Under the pieces are notes generated by a model, which was not told where the DNA came from, did no database searches, and saw nothing but the letters and a program-made list of their open reading frames with translations. The translations under genes were made by a program, and so were the position numbers. 46,488 bases of DNA from Ectothiorhodospira sp. (lineage in GTDB: Bacteria; Pseudomonadota; Gammaproteobacteria; Ectothiorhodospirales; Ectothiorhodospiraceae): contig JBKGXY010000001.1 in NCBI GenBank assembly GCA_046546415.1, positions 1 through 46,488 on the forward strand, in the 5' to 3' direction. Below, one piece after another: positions 27,719-40,571 of the stretch; the first letter of the stretch is position 1; each line of letters begins with the position of its first letter.

Positions 27719-29757
27719 GCCCCGGCCAGCCCCGAATGACGCAGCAGGGCATCGATCTCCGGCTCCCGGCCGCGGAAGGCCTTGAAGGGCTCCAGGGCCG
27801 GGCGGGATCCCCCCTGTTCCAGGATGCCGGTGAGGAAGGCCCTGCCGGTCTGCGGATTGAACAGGCCCTCCTCCTCGAAGCGGGCAAAGGCGTCGGCGGA
27901 GAGGACCTCGGCCCACTTGTAGCTGTAATAGCCAGCGGCGTAGCCCCCGGCGAAGATATGGGAGAAACCGTGCTGGAAGCGGTTGAAGGCCGGGGGACGC
28001 ACCACAGAGACCTGCTCGCGGACCTGATCCAGGATCTCCTGGACGCGGCCGCCCCGGGCGGGGTCATATTCCGCGTGCAGGCGCATGTCGAACAGGGAGA
28101 ACTCCAGCTGCCGCATCATCTGCATGGCGGCCTGGAAATGGCGCGTGGCGGTGAGCTTGTCGAACAGCTCACCGGGTAGGGGCTCACCCGTCTCGTGGTG
28201 GCCGGAGATCAGGTCCAGGGATTCCCGCTCCCAGCACCAGTTCTCCATGAACTGGCTGGGGAGTTCCACGGCGTCCCATTCCACGCCGTTGATGCCGGCC
28301 ACGCCGGGGTGGTCCACCCGGGTGAGCATGTGGTGCAGGCCGTGGCCGAACTCATGGAAGAGGGTGAGCACCTCGTCATGGGTGAACAGGGCCGGCTTGC
28401 CGTCCACCGGGGGCGTGGAGTTGCAGGTCAGGTAGGCCACGGGCAGCTGCAGGCGCTGGCCGTCCCGCAGCCGTCCCCGGCAGTCATCCATCCAGGCCCC
28501 GCCCCGCTTGTGGCTGCGGGCGTAGAGGTCCAGATAGAACCAGGCCCGGGGGGTACCGTCCGGGTCCCGGATCGCGTAGAAACGCACGTCGGGATGCCAG
28601 GTGGGCGCGTCCCCGGCCGGTTGGATGCGCACCTGATAGAGACGCTCCACCAGATCGAACAGCCCCTGGAGCACCCGGTCCACCGGAAAGTAGGGCTTGA
28701 GATCCTCCTGGGAGAGCTGGAATGCATGCTGACGCAGACGCTCCGAGGCGAAGGAGAGGTCCCAGGCCTCCAGGGTATCCAGGCCCAGGCGTTCCCGGGC
28801 GAAGGCCTGAAGGGAGTCCAGTTCATGCCGGGCGGCGGGTCCGGCCCGCTGCGCCAGATCCTCGAGGAAGCCGGTCACCTGTTCCGGGGAATCGGCCATC
28901 TTGGTGGCCAGGGAGAGGTGGGCGTAGCTGGGATGGCCCAGCAGCTGCGCCTGCTCGTGACGCAGGGCCAGGATGCGTTCCATCACCCCGGAATTATCCA
29001 AACCTGGGTCGTGGGGGCCCTGGTCCGAGGCCCGGGTGACGTAGGCGGTGTAGACCTCCCGGCGCAGTTCCCGGTCCTCGGCGAAGGTCATCACCGCGTA
29101 GTAGGCCGGGAACTCCAGGGTGAGGAGATAGCCTTCCTGATCCCGCTGGCGGGCAGCCTGGCGCAGCATGTCCAGTGCCGATTCCGGCAGGCCCGCGAGC
29201 CGCTGCGGGTCGGTGATCTGCAGCTGCCAACCCTGGGTGGCGTCCAGGACATTCTCCTCGAAGCGGGCGGTGAGGGCGGACAGCTCCTGGGCGATGGCCT
29301 TGTAGCGGGCCTTCTGGTCCTCGGGCAGGTCCACCCCGCTGAGGTGGAAGTCCCGCAGGGCGTTGGTGATCACCCGCTGCTGGGGGGGCGTCAGGCGGGT
29401 GAATTCGGGGCCCTGGGCGATGGACTGGAAGGCCTGGAACAGGCGGGTGTTCTGGCCCATCTCGGTGGCGTAGTCCGAGAGCTTGGGCAGACAACGGTTA
29501 TAGGCCTCCCGCAGGGCCTCACTGTTGACCACGGCGTTCATGTGGCGCACCGGGGACCAGATGCGCTCCAGCCGGTCCTCCAGCAGGTCCAGCGGGTGCA
29601 CCAGGTTCTCCCAGGTGAAGGGGCCGGGCTGGTCCAGGAGGCGCTGGATGGCGGCGCGGTTCTCCGCCAGGACCCGGTCGATGGCCGGTTCCACGTGTTC
29701 CGGACGGATGTCCCCGAAGGGGGGCAGCTCCTGCATCTCGAGGAGGGGATTGGTCAT
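27715..29757 (-). CDS. prlC: Oligopeptidase A (M3 metallopeptidase)
   Basis: MTNPLL start; FHEFGHGLHH zinc motif; WDAVELPSQFMENW; HIFAGGYAAGYYSYKWAEVL. Confidence 0.97.
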   Translation of the reverse strand: MTNPLLEMQELPPFGDIRPEHVEPAIDRVLAENRAAIQRLLDQPGPFTWENLVHPLDLLEDRLERIWSPVRHMNAVVNSEALREAYNRCLPKLSDYATEMGQNTRLFQAFQSIAQGPEFTRLTPPQQRVITNALRDFHLSGVDLPEDQKARYKAIAQELSALTARFEENVLDATQGWQLQITDPQRLAGLPESALDMLRQAARQRDQEGYLLTLEFPAYYAVMTFAEDRELRREVYTAYVTRASDQGPHDPGLDNSGVMERILALRHEQAQLLGHPSYAHLSLATKMADSPEQVTGFLEDLAQRAGPAARHELDSLQAFARERLGLDTLEAWDLSFASERLRQHAFQLSQEDLKPYFPVDRVLQGLFDLVERLYQVRIQPAGDAPTWHPDVRFYAIRDPDGTPRAWFYLDLYARSHKRGGAWMDDCRGRLRDGQRLQLPVAYLTCNSTPPVDGKPALFTHDEVLTLFHEFGHGLHHMLTRVDHPGVAGINGVEWDAVELPSQFMENWCWERESLDLISGHHETGEPLPGELFDKLTATRHFQAAMQMMRQLEFSLFDMRLHAEYDPARGGRVQEILDQVREQVSVVRPPAFNRFQHGFSHIFAGGYAAGYYSYKWAEVLSADAFARFEEEGLFNPQTGRAFLTGILEQGGSRPALEPFKAFRGREPEIDALLRHSGLAGA

Positions 29758-29840
29758 GGGCGCTCGTTGCAATTCGCAGTACCTGGGTGTGCGGTAAATG
29801 TAACACGCGGCCACGCCGGAGGAGGACGTCGCACGCCGTC

Positions 29841-30740
29841 TCAGACGATCCCCAGGGTCCCGGCGCCCCCCAGGAGCAGCCAGGCCATTCCCCCGATGCC
29901 GATGAGGAAACCCGCGGCCCCCAGGCGGGTACGCCACCGCAGGCGCCACAGCAGACGGGATTCCGGATACACCGAGAGCAGGTAGGGCCGGGCCCGGTCC
30001 GGACCACGGGACAGGAGATGCACATCGGGTTGCCGGGCCCGCTGCGCCCGGTCCTCCATGGCACGACGCTGCGCCGCCGCCCGGGCCCGGTCCCATTCCG
30101 CCAGATCCACCTGACCATCCCCATCGGTATCCAGCTCCGCCATACGCCCAGGATCCCGTTTCCATTCCCTCAGGATGGCCGCCACCTCGGTATGGAGCGC
30201 ATGGCCATCGGCCGCGCCCTGGCTGCGGAAGTCTCCCAGGGCGTAGAGGGGATCCCCCGGGTGGATGCGTCGTTCCATATAGCGGTGGCGCTCGCCCCCG
30301 AATCGTTCGGCAAGGGCTGCCGGGGCCCGGGGATTGGGGCGCTGTCCGTACCAGCGTTCCTTGTGAGGGGTGAACACGCGGGCCCCTTCCGGGTCCACCA
30401 CACAGCGGCCGGTGTCATCCTCCAGGGCGAAGAGTTCCCCGCTGCATCCGCCATGCAGGGTTTTCCATCGAGTGGAGCCCTTCCCGCCTCGTTGGCGGCG
30501 CTCCACGCGGTATTCATACCAGGCGCAGGGGGTGCCGGATAGCGGCGCGACGATGGGCGGTCCCGGGAGTAGGGCGGCCCGCCCCGAGAGTTCCACGGGC
30601 CCCTGGGCCGCGGAGCGGATGCGGGCGGTGGGGGTATCGGCGATGAGGCGCAACTGCCGGCCCCCGGTGACGAAGGCGGCGAGGGAGATGAGGACCAATG
30701 CCACCAGGATCGCCAGCAGGGCCAGGAGATCGCCGGACAT
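29841..30740 (-). CDS. GIDE/BAM-domain membrane protein with an EF-hand-like loop
   Basis: N- and C-terminal TMs; RLIADTPTARIRSAAQGPVELSG, APLSGTPCAWYEYRVE, FALEDDTGRCVVDPEGA; DTDGDGQVDLAE loop. Confidence 0.75.
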   Translation of the reverse strand: MSGDLLALLAILVALVLISLAAFVTGGRQLRLIADTPTARIRSAAQGPVELSGRAALLPGPPIVAPLSGTPCAWYEYRVERRQRGGKGSTRWKTLHGGCSGELFALEDDTGRCVVDPEGARVFTPHKERWYGQRPNPRAPAALAERFGGERHRYMERRIHPGDPLYALGDFRSQGAADGHALHTEVAAILREWKRDPGRMAELDTDGDGQVDLAEWDRARAAAQRRAMEDRAQRARQPDVHLLSRGPDRARPYLLSVYPESRLLWRLRWRTRLGAAGFLIGIGGMAWLLLGGAGTLGIV

Positions 30741-30749
30741 GGGCCGGGA

Positions 30750-31322
30750 TCAGCCGAACAGGGCGCGGATATCCGGGTCCCGGGTCTGGTGGACGGGGAA
30801 GTCCAGCAGCTGGAAGGGGCCGAATCGCAGCAGGTGAGCCACCACCAGATCCGGGAACTGCTCGATGCGCACATTGTTGCGGTTGACGCAGGCGTTGTAG
30901 AACTCGCGCCGATCGGCAATGGCGTTCTCCAGTCCGCTGATGCGGGCCTCCAGGTGCTGGAAGCGTTGATCCGCCTTCAGCTCCGGATAGGCCTCGGCCA
31001 CGGCAAAGAGCTGACCCAGCCCGGCGCGCAGGCCGTCCTCCGCCCGGCCCAGGGAGGCCAGATCCCCCTGCTGCTGGGCCCGTGCAACGCCGCTGCGCGC
31101 GCGCATGATCCGCTCCAGGGCCTCCTGCTCGTAGGCCATGTACTGGCGGCAGACCTCCACCAGCTTGGGCAGCTCGTCGTGACGCTGCTTGAGCAGCACC
31201 TCGATATTGGACCAGGCCTTGGAAACGCCATGCTTGAGCTGAACCAGGTTGTTGTAGATGAGCACGGCATAGAGGCCGATAAGGAGGAACAGGCCGAGCA
31301 TCACATAGCCGCCGATATCCAT
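30750..31322 (-). CDS. lemA: LemA family protein
   Basis: N-terminal TM then IYNNLV, AWSNIEVLLKQRHDELPKLV, VAEAYPELKA, ENAIADRREFYN, IEQFPD. Confidence 0.93.
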   Translation of the reverse strand: MDIGGYVMLGLFLLIGLYAVLIYNNLVQLKHGVSKAWSNIEVLLKQRHDELPKLVEVCRQYMAYEQEALERIMRARSGVARAQQQGDLASLGRAEDGLRAGLGQLFAVAEAYPELKADQRFQHLEARISGLENAIADRREFYNACVNRNNVRIEQFPDLVVAHLLRFGPFQLLDFPVHQTRDPDIRALFG

Positions 31323-31461
31323 CACGGTTGCCTCCGGGTGAGGGGTACGATGGCATTGTGCCCCAGACGGGGGGGGAAGGGGAGTGCCGGTCGTCCAAAG
31401 GCATTCGACGCGGTGCGGGCCGCGCGATGCCACCCATTCACTATATACATGTACAACAACT

Positions 31462-33918
<2,457 letters not shown>

Positions 33919-33920
33919 TC

Positions 33921-33929
33921 ATTATATCA
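33921..33929 (-). promoter_or_regulatory. Extended -10 promoter element for gyrB
   Basis: Minus strand TGATATAAT (TGn plus consensus TATAAT), about 35 bp upstream of the gyrB ATG. Confidence 0.7.
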
Positions 33930-33987
33930 CTTCAGCCACCCCCGCCGCGGGGATCCGGAAAGGGAGGGTATCCCGGAGAGGGAAGCA

Positions 33988-34003
33988 TGTTCCACGTGGA
34001 ACA
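33988..34003. other. parS centromere site (ParB loading), recF-gyrB intergenic
   Basis: Perfect palindrome TGTTCCACGTGGAACA, extended to GCATGTTCCACGTGGAACATGC. Confidence 0.93.
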
Positions 34004-34088
34004 TGCCTTGGAGAGGGGAGGGGCATCCCATGGCGGGATACCCCAGAGGGTTCTTCGGGTTCCTCGCCGACCGGGAAACCAGTTACGT

Positions 34089-35165
34089 TCAATCCTCCCT
34101 TAGCCGCCCATGTTCCACGTGGAACATCCGCATCTCCTCCCAGCCTGATAGATCCAGGGTGTCTCCCTGAAGGGCGGTCATGAAGACCTGGCAGCCCAGG
34201 TTTCGCAACAGATCCAGGGTACCTGCGCGTCGGGCCGGATCCAGTTCCGAGGCCAGATCATCCACCATCACCACCACGGGAAGACCGGTTCGCCGGCGGT
34301 GCAGGACCACCTGGGCCAATCGGAGCAGGAGCACTGCCGTCTTCTGCTGGCCCCGGGAGGCCTCCTGGGAGAGGGAGACCCCCTCATGACGGAAGATCAC
34401 CTCCGCACGATGGGGCCCCCATAGGGTGTACCCCATCTCCCGTTCCCGCCCGCGGCCCTGGGCCAGGACCTCCACCAGGTCTTCCCCCTCCCGCCATCCG
34501 GGGCGATATTGCCATTCCAGTGCCCCCTCCACGGGGAGCCAGGATCGGAGGGTGGAAGCCGCATCGGCCAATGCCTGCAGATAGTCGCGTCGAAAACGAT
34601 CCAGGGGGCGGGTGTGGCGATCCATCTCCTGTTCCCAGGCGGCCAGGATCCGGTCCGGGGCGCCGAGGCGCAGGGCCTCGTTGCGTTGATTCAGTGCGCG
34701 GCGATAGCCCTGGAGGATGCCCAGATAGTCCGCCTCCGAATGGAACAGCCCCCAGTCCAGGAATCCACGCCGCTCCCCCGGGGGGCCCGCGAGCAGCTCA
34801 TGGCTGTCCGGGTGGATGACCTGAACGGGAAAGAGCCGAGCCAGTTCCGTCTGGGCCCGAACACGGCGCCCCTGGATGCGCGCATGGGTCCCTCTCGCGC
34901 CCTTGCGGATCCCCAGATGCACCGTCTCACCGGAAGGACCCCGCAAACGCCCCGTCACCATGACCGTGGGTTCGCCCCGGCGGATCAACGGCCCAATCCG
35001 TGGGCTACGAAAGGATCGGCCTGTTGCCAGGAGATGGATCCCCTCCAGAAGACTGGTCTTGCCGGAGGCATTGGGGCCGGTGATCAGATTCAGCCCCGGC
35101 GAGGGTTCCATGCGCAATCGATCGAAGAGGCGCAGGTGGGAGAGATCCAGACGGGCAAGGATCAT
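34089..35165 (-). CDS. recF: DNA replication/repair protein RecF
   Basis: GPNASGKTSLLE Walker A, RRGFLDWGLFH, GPHRAE, SRGQQK, DDLASELD; lies between dnaN and gyrB. Confidence 0.97.
   Translation of the reverse strand: MILARLDLSHLRLFDRLRMEPSPGLNLITGPNASGKTSLLEGIHLLATGRSFRSPRIGPLIRRGEPTVMVTGRLRGPSGETVHLGIRKGARGTHARIQGRRVRAQTELARLFPVQVIHPDSHELLAGPPGERRGFLDWGLFHSEADYLGILQGYRRALNQRNEALRLGAPDRILAAWEQEMDRHTRPLDRFRRDYLQALADAASTLRSWLPVEGALEWQYRPGWREGEDLVEVLAQGRGREREMGYTLWGPHRAEVIFRHEGVSLSQEASRGQQKTAVLLLRLAQVVLHRRRTGLPVVVMVDDLASELDPARRAGTLDLLRNLGCQVFMTALQGDTLDLSGWEEMRMFHVEHGRLRED
34111..34126. other. parS site inside the recF 3' end
   Basis: Second perfect TGTTCCACGTGGAACA, read as MFHVEH in RecF. 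Confidence 0.93.
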
Positions 35166-35198
35166 CTCAGGGGCCGGTTAGCGAGATGAAACGATCCA

Positions 35199-36299
35199 TT
35201 AGAGCCGGATGGGCATGACCACATAGAGGGCCTGAGCGAAATCACTGTCCTTGACCAGAACGGAGGATGCGGCATCCCGTAGCCCCATGCGCACGTGCTC
35301 GCCCCCCAGGTGCCCCATCACGTCCGTGAGATAGCTGACATTGAAGCCGATCTCCAGATCCGGCCCCTGATACTCCACCTCCAGTTCCGCTTCCGCCTCT
35401 TCCTGCTCCGGGTTATGGGCCTGGAGCACCAGCCGATCACGGGTCAGTTCCATTCGCACTCCGCGGTACTTCTCGTTGGACAGGATCGCGGTCCGGCTGA
35501 GGGCCTGACGCAGGACCTCCCGATCCACCTTCATCACATGCCCCTCCTCCTGGGGGATCACCCGCCGATAATCCGGGAAACGGCCATCGATGAGCTTGGA
35601 GGTGAACCGTACCCCGGAGAAGACGGCCCGAAGGTGATTGGTGCCCACCTCCAGACACACCGGATCGTCCACACGATCCAGCAGCCGGCTCAACTCCATC
35701 ACCCCCTTGCGGGGCAGGATCACCTGCTGCGGTTGCTCCGTCTCCACCGCGACCTGCACCTCGTACAGGGACAATCGGTGGCCGTCGGTGGCCACGCTGC
35801 GCAACCGTCCCCGTTCCATCTCCAGCATCAGGCCATTGAGATAAAAACGGACGTCCTGGACCGCCATGGCGAATGCGGTGCGTTCGATCAGGTCCAGCAT
35901 CTCCCGCTGGGGGATCTCCAGGGTCAGCCCACCCTTCACCGTTTCCAGTTCAGGGAAGTCCGCCGCTGGGAGGGTACTCAACTGGAAGCGGGAACGCCCC
36001 GAGACCACCATCAGGCGATCCTCCTCCTGTCGGACCTGGATGGTGGCCTCATCCGGCAGGGCCCGACAGATATCCAGAAGCTTGCGGGCGGATACCGTGG
36101 TCTGGCCCGGTTGATCCACCTGGTGATCCCAATGGGCCAACCATTCCACCTCCAGATCCGTGGCAACCAGGCTGAGCCCCTGTTCATCCGCCCGGATGAG
36201 GACGTTGCCCAGGATAGGCATGGTCTGTCGCTTCTCCACGGCCCCGATCACCTGCTGCAGGGGCTTGAGGAGGGCTTCCCTCTGGATACTGAATCTCAT
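35199..36299 (-). CDS. dnaN: DNA polymerase III beta sliding clamp
   Basis: MRFSIQREALLKPLQ, ATDLEVE, ATDGHRL, SKLIDGRFPDY, YVVMPIRL. Confidence 0.99.
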   Translation of the reverse strand: MRFSIQREALLKPLQQVIGAVEKRQTMPILGNVLIRADEQGLSLVATDLEVEWLAHWDHQVDQPGQTTVSARKLLDICRALPDEATIQVRQEEDRLMVVSGRSRFQLSTLPAADFPELETVKGGLTLEIPQREMLDLIERTAFAMAVQDVRFYLNGLMLEMERGRLRSVATDGHRLSLYEVQVAVETEQPQQVILPRKGVMELSRLLDRVDDPVCLEVGTNHLRAVFSGVRFTSKLIDGRFPDYRRVIPQEEGHVMKVDREVLRQALSRTAILSNEKYRGVRMELTRDRLVLQAHNPEQEEAEAELEVEYQGPDLEIGFNVSYLTDVMGHLGGEHVRMGLRDAASSVLVKDSDFAQALYVVMPIRL

Positions 36300-36309
36300 C
36301 GGATACACC

Positions 36310-36540
36310 CCGTCTTGTGTCTGTAATCAGTATTTATATCTTTTTAATGATAGTAATAAGGGAAGGGGGTTACTGTGGATATCCCTTATTTGTTTATTTA
36401 GATCAATGACCTGCACATGAAATGGCCTGTAGTGGAGAGGGTGCGGAACCGATCCAAAAGCTGTGGGTGGGCTGTGGATAAAGGAAGCCCCCGGGGATGA
36501 ACCACCGGGAGATCACAGCTTGTCCCCAACCTTGCCCACT
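36310..36540. other. Probable replication origin (oriC) in the dnaA-dnaN intergenic region
   Basis: AT-rich tract 36325-36360 ending in trio-like TAATGATAGTAATAA, then a G-rich spacer; DnaA boxes TGTGGATAT (36374) and TGTGGATAA (36473); weaker reverse boxes at 36520 and 36532; IHF-like GATCAATGACCTG (36401). Confidence 0.8.
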
Positions 36541-37923
36541 TCAACTGGTCAGGGTACGCAGCAGATTGACGAAGTCCTCATTGATGCGGGCATCGGACTC
36601 GCGCAGCTCCTCCACCTTGCGGCAGGCATGGATCACGGTGGTGTGGTCACGCCCCCCGAAGGCCTTGCCGATCTCCGGCAGGCTATGGCTGGTGAGTTCC
36701 TTGGACAGGGCCATGGCCACCTGCCGGGGCCGGGTGATGGAGCGGCTGCGGCGCGTGGAGTGCAGGTCGGAGACCCGGATCTTGTAGTACTCCGCCACCG
36801 TCTTCTGGATATTGTCGATGGTCACCAACTTGTCCTGCAGGGCCAGCAGGTCATGCAGGGCCTCCTTGGCAAAATCCAGGGTGATGGGGCGGCCGGTGAA
36901 ATGGGCGTTGGCGATCACCCGGCGCAGGGCCCCCTCCAGCTCGCGGATATTGGAACGGATGCGCTTGGCCACGAAGAAGGCCACCTCGCTGGGTAGCTCC
37001 ACCCCCGCCTCCTCCGCCTTGCGCTGGAGGATGGCCACCCGGGTCTCCAGTTCGGCCGGCTCGATGGCCACGGTGAGTCCCCAGCCAAAACGGGATTTGA
37101 GACGATCCTCCAGGCCATCCACCTCCCTGGGATAGCGGTCACAGGTGAGGATCACCTGCTGCTGGCTCTCCAGCAGGGCATTGAAGGTATGGAAGAACTC
37201 CTCCTGGGAACGCTCCTTGCCCGCGAAGAACTGGATGTCATCGATGAGCAGGGCGTCCACCGACCGGTAGAAACGCTTGAACTCGTCGATGGAGTTGTGC
37301 TGCAGGGCCTTGATCATGTCCGCCACAAAGCGTTCCGAATGGAGATACACCACCTTGGCCGCAGAGTTCTGTTCGCGCATGGCGTTTCCGATGGCATGCA
37401 TCAGGTGGGTCTTGCCCAGCCCCGTGCTGCCATAGAGGAACAGCGGGTTGTAGGCCTTGCCCACGTTGCTGGCCACCTGCAGGCTGGCGGCACGGGCCAG
37501 CTGATTGGATTTACCCTCGACGAAGTTCTGGAAGGTGAAGTTGGGATTCAGATTATTGGTAAACTGAGGCGAACTGGCGGCCGGACGCGGATCCGCCACT
37601 GCCTTTGGGGGGGAGGTGGTGTGGGTTGGGCCTGCGGGTTCCCGCTCCGGGGTCTGGGCCTTTGGCGCCGCCTTCCGGCTGCTGCCCACCTCCAGGCTCA
37701 CGCGGATCGTGTCGTCCCCCACGGTCTCCGTCACCACCTGGCCGATGCGCTGGAAGAAATGATCCTTCACCCAGTCCAGCACAAACCGGTTCGGTGCCAG
37801 CAGCCGCAACACCTCATCCTCCTCCACGGCGTGCAGGGGGCGAATCCAGGTATTGAGCTGCTGTTCCGAGAGTTCGCTCTCGAGGCGTGCCACGCACTGT
37901 TGCCACAAGGCGCTGCTGACCAA
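36541..37923 (-). CDS. dnaA: Chromosomal replication initiator DnaA
   Basis: TTG start with GGAG RBS; [50 protein letters not shown]. Confidence 0.99.
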   Translation of the reverse strand: MVSSALWQQCVARLESELSEQQLNTWIRPLHAVEEDEVLRLLAPNRFVLDWVKDHFFQRIGQVVTETVGDDTIRVSLEVGSSRKAAPKAQTPEREPAGPTHTTSPPKAVADPRPAASSPQFTNNLNPNFTFQNFVEGKSNQLARAASLQVASNVGKAYNPLFLYGSTGLGKTHLMHAIGNAMREQNSAAKVVYLHSERFVADMIKALQHNSIDEFKRFYRSVDALLIDDIQFFAGKERSQEEFFHTFNALLESQQQVILTCDRYPREVDGLEDRLKSRFGWGLTVAIEPAELETRVAILQRKAEEAGVELPSEVAFFVAKRIRSNIRELEGALRRVIANAHFTGRPITLDFAKEALHDLLALQDKLVTIDNIQKTVAEYYKIRVSDLHSTRRSRSITRPRQVAMALSKELTSHSLPEIGKAFGGRDHTTVIHACRKVEELRESDARINEDFVNLLRTLTS

Positions 37924-37985
37924 GGCGGATCTCCTGGATGAAAAGGGTAGGGTAAACCCTCAAGTCTAACCGTCCGCCTCCCGGG

Positions 37986-38006
37986 TTATCCACACCTTTT
38001 TCCACA
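37986..38006. promoter_or_regulatory. Tandem DnaA boxes in the dnaA promoter region (autoregulation)
   Basis: TTATCCACA (37986-37994) and TTTTCCACA (37998-38006). Confidence 0.85.
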
Positions 38007-38024
38007 GACCTCCGACGGGCATGA

Positions 38025-38053
38025 TTGACACCCATGACGTTGGCGGGTAATTT
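38025..38053 (+). promoter_or_regulatory. Sigma70 promoter for the rpmH operon
   Basis: TTGACA-N17-TAATTT, about 60 bp upstream of the rpmH ATG. Confidence 0.75.
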
Positions 38054-38112
38054 TACGCGCCTTGGTCGGACGTCCGGCGTCCGCGTAACCAGTCGACTCA
38101 GGGTTCGCCGTC

Positions 38113-38247
38113 ATGAAAAGAACATTTCAGCCCAGTAACCTGCACCGCAAGCGTACCCACGGTTTCCGTGCCCGCATGGCCACCCGTGGCGGCCGAAAGG
38201 TCCTGGCGGCCCGCCGCGCCAAGGGTCGGGTGCGCCTGTGCCCCTGA
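38113..38247 (+). CDS. rpmH: 50S ribosomal protein L34
   Basis: Below the ORF-track cutoff; hand translation [44 protein letters not shown]. Confidence 0.98.
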   Translation: MKRTFQPSNLHRKRTHGFRARMATRGGRKVLAARRAKGRVRLCP

Positions 38248-38251
38248 GAGA

Positions 38252-38629
38252 TTGATCGACCCTGGGGACAGGTGCTTTCCCAGGTCGGTCCGGCTCACCC
38301 GGGCCACCGAGTACCAAGCGGTATTCAATGGGGGGCAACGCATCAAGCAGCACCCCTTCACGGTGGTCTGCATGCCGACCGAAGGGGATACCCCGAGGCT
38401 CGGGCTCGCGATCTCGAAGCGCAGCCTGCGCCTGGCCACCCGGCGGCAGCGAATCAAGCGCCTGGTGCGGGAATCCTTCCGCCATCATCGCGGCGGGTTG
38501 CCCCCGCTGGATGTGGTGGTGATGGTCCGACAAGGGGCCGTGGAGTACACGAACCGGGATCTGTATCAGATCCTCGACCGTCTCTGGAGCCGGGTGATCC
38601 GCCAATGCAGAAGCTCCTCATCATCCTGA
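38252..38629 (+). CDS. rnpA: Ribonuclease P protein component
   Basis: [33 protein letters not shown] (RNR-type motif), LDVVV; TTG start inferred. Confidence 0.93.
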   Translation: MIDPGDRCFPRSVRLTRATEYQAVFNGGQRIKQHPFTVVCMPTEGDTPRLGLAISKRSLRLATRRQRIKRLVRESFRHHRGGLPPLDVVVMVRQGAVEYTNRDLYQILDRLWSRVIRQCRSSSSS

Positions 38630-38856
38630 TCCAGGCCTATCGCTACACCCTCAGCCCCTTCATTGGCCAGCACTGCCGTTTCGTGCCCACCTGTTCCTGC
38701 TACGGCATCGAGGCCATCCAGCGGCACGGGGCCCTGCGCGGTTCCTGGCTGACACTGCGTCGCCTTGGCCGCTGTCATCCCTGGTGCGAAGGCGGCTACG
38801 ATCCCGTGCCCGATCCCGTCCAAGGCCCCCACCGAGCCCCCCGAGACCATGGATAA
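38605..38856 (+). CDS. yidD: Membrane protein insertion efficiency factor
   Basis: [27 protein letters not shown]...[14 protein letters not shown]. Confidence 0.96.
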   Translation: MQKLLIILIQAYRYTLSPFIGQHCRFVPTCSCYGIEAIQRHGALRGSWLTLRRLGRCHPWCEGGYDPVPDPVQGPHRAPRDHG

Positions 38857-40555
38857 TCTGCGCCCCGTCCTCTATATCAGTTTCGCCTTTCTGCTGTTCC
38901 TCGTATGGCAGACCTGGAACGCCGATTACGGCCCACAGCCGCAACCGGCCAGCGTGTCCCAGGAGAGCAATGCTGAGGAGGATGCCACAGACCGGGATGA
39001 CCTCCCCGATGCAGCCCTCTCCGAGGCCCGGGAGGCCCCGGTGGACGCGTCATCCAGCGGGAAAGAAGAAGGGGAGGGTGAGGGCCGCCGCATCCATGTG
39101 GTGACCGATACCCTGGATCTGTACATCGACACCCGGGGTGGTGACATCGTCCGTGCGGATCTGCCCAGTTATCCCGTCAGCCTGGACCAGTCGGACGAAC
39201 CCACCACCCTGCTGGACGCCGAGGATCGGGCCTACGTGGCCCAGTCCGGCCTGATCCACGACCGGGTGCAGGACACGGATCACTCCGACCGGGCCCCGTC
39301 GCACCACGCCGTCTACCAGGCCCAGGACACCGAGTTCCGCCTTCAGGAGGGTCAGGACGTCCTGGAGGTGCCCCTCACCTGGGAGAACGAGGAAGGGATC
39401 CGCGTCACCAAGACCTACACCTTCCGCCGCGGCGAATTCCTGGTGGACGTGAGCCATGAGGTGGAGAACGACAGCGGGGAGGCCTGGACCGGCCGCCAGT
39501 ACCGCCAGTTGCGCCACGGCCCCACCCCCGATCGGGACTCCTGGTTTCTCTATACGTTCACCGGGGCCGCCTACTACGATGGCGGATACCGCAAGAAAGA
39601 ATTGGAAAAACTGTCCCAGGACGTGGAATCCCGCGATCTGGAAGGCGGATGGATCGCCCTCATCGAGCACTATTTCCTCAGCACCTGGATCCCCGAATCC
39701 GGGGAAAAGAACCTGCTGTACACCCGCGAGGTGGGCACAAGCGATGCCCCGCGCTACATCATCGGCCTGCGTTCCGAGGCCCAGACCCTGGCGTCCGGCG
39801 AGAGCGGGGATTTCAACACCCGCATCTGGATCGGCCCCAAGCTGCAGGAACCCCTTTCCGGGATCGCCGAGGGGCTGGAATTGACCGTGGATTACGGCCT
39901 GTTCACCTTCCTCTCCAAACCCCTGTTCTGGATGCTGGATCTGATCCACGATCTGGTGGGCAACTGGGGCTGGTCCATCATCCTGCTCACCCTGCTCATC
40001 AAGCTGGCCTTCTACAAGCTCTCGGCCACCAGCTACCGCTCCATGGCCAAGATGCGGGCCGTCCAGCCCAAGATGATGGCCCTGAAGGAGCGCTTCGGGG
40101 AGGACAAGCAGCGCATGAACCAGGCCCTCATGGAGCTGTACAAGAAGGAGAAGATCAATCCCCTGGGGGGCTGCCTGCCCATCCTGGTGCAGATCCCGGT
40201 GTTCATCGCCCTGTACTGGGTGCTGCTGGAGAGCGTGGAGCTGCGCCAGGCCCCGTGGATCCTGTGGATCCAGGACCTGTCCGTGCGGGATCCCTTCTTC
40301 GTGCTGCCCATCCTCATGGGGGTCAGCATGCTGGCCCAGCAGAAGCTCAACCCCGCCCCCATGGACCCGGTGCAGCAGAAGATCATGATGGCCCTGCCAC
40401 CGGTCTTCACGGTGTTCTTCGCCTTCTTCCCCGCGGGGCTGGTGCTCTACTGGCTGGTGAACAACCTCCTGTCCATCGCCCAGCAGTACTACATCACCCG
40501 CAGGCTGCAGAGCGAGGGCTACGACACCGGCAAGAAATCAGCCAAGGGGGACTGA
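38849..40555 (+). CDS. yidC: Membrane protein insertase YidC
   Basis: [53 protein letters not shown]. Confidence 0.98.
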   Translation: MDNLRPVLYISFAFLLFLVWQTWNADYGPQPQPASVSQESNAEEDATDRDDLPDAALSEAREAPVDASSSGKEEGEGEGRRIHVVTDTLDLYIDTRGGDIVRADLPSYPVSLDQSDEPTTLLDAEDRAYVAQSGLIHDRVQDTDHSDRAPSHHAVYQAQDTEFRLQEGQDVLEVPLTWENEEGIRVTKTYTFRRGEFLVDVSHEVENDSGEAWTGRQYRQLRHGPTPDRDSWFLYTFTGAAYYDGGYRKKELEKLSQDVESRDLEGGWIALIEHYFLSTWIPESGEKNLLYTREVGTSDAPRYIIGLRSEAQTLASGESGDFNTRIWIGPKLQEPLSGIAEGLELTVDYGLFTFLSKPLFWMLDLIHDLVGNWGWSIILLTLLIKLAFYKLSATSYRSMAKMRAVQPKMMALKERFGEDKQRMNQALMELYKKEKINPLGGCLPILVQIPVFIALYWVLLESVELRQAPWILWIQDLSVRDPFFVLPILMGVSMLAQQKLNPAPMDPVQQKIMMALPPVFTVFFAFFPAGLVLYWLVNNLLSIAQQYYITRRLQSEGYDTGKKSAKGD

Positions 40556-40571
40556 CGCCCCCGGCACGCCC

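Noticed and set aside
29686-29701. parS-like GGTTCCACGTGTTCC in prlC
   Set aside because: Only one arm matches and it is explained by coding (EHVEP). Not palindromic.
31441-31456. LexA-box-like CTATATACATGTACAA between gyrB and lemA
   Set aside because: Both invariant triplets of CTG-N10-CAG are mismatched. More likely an AT-rich promoter segment.
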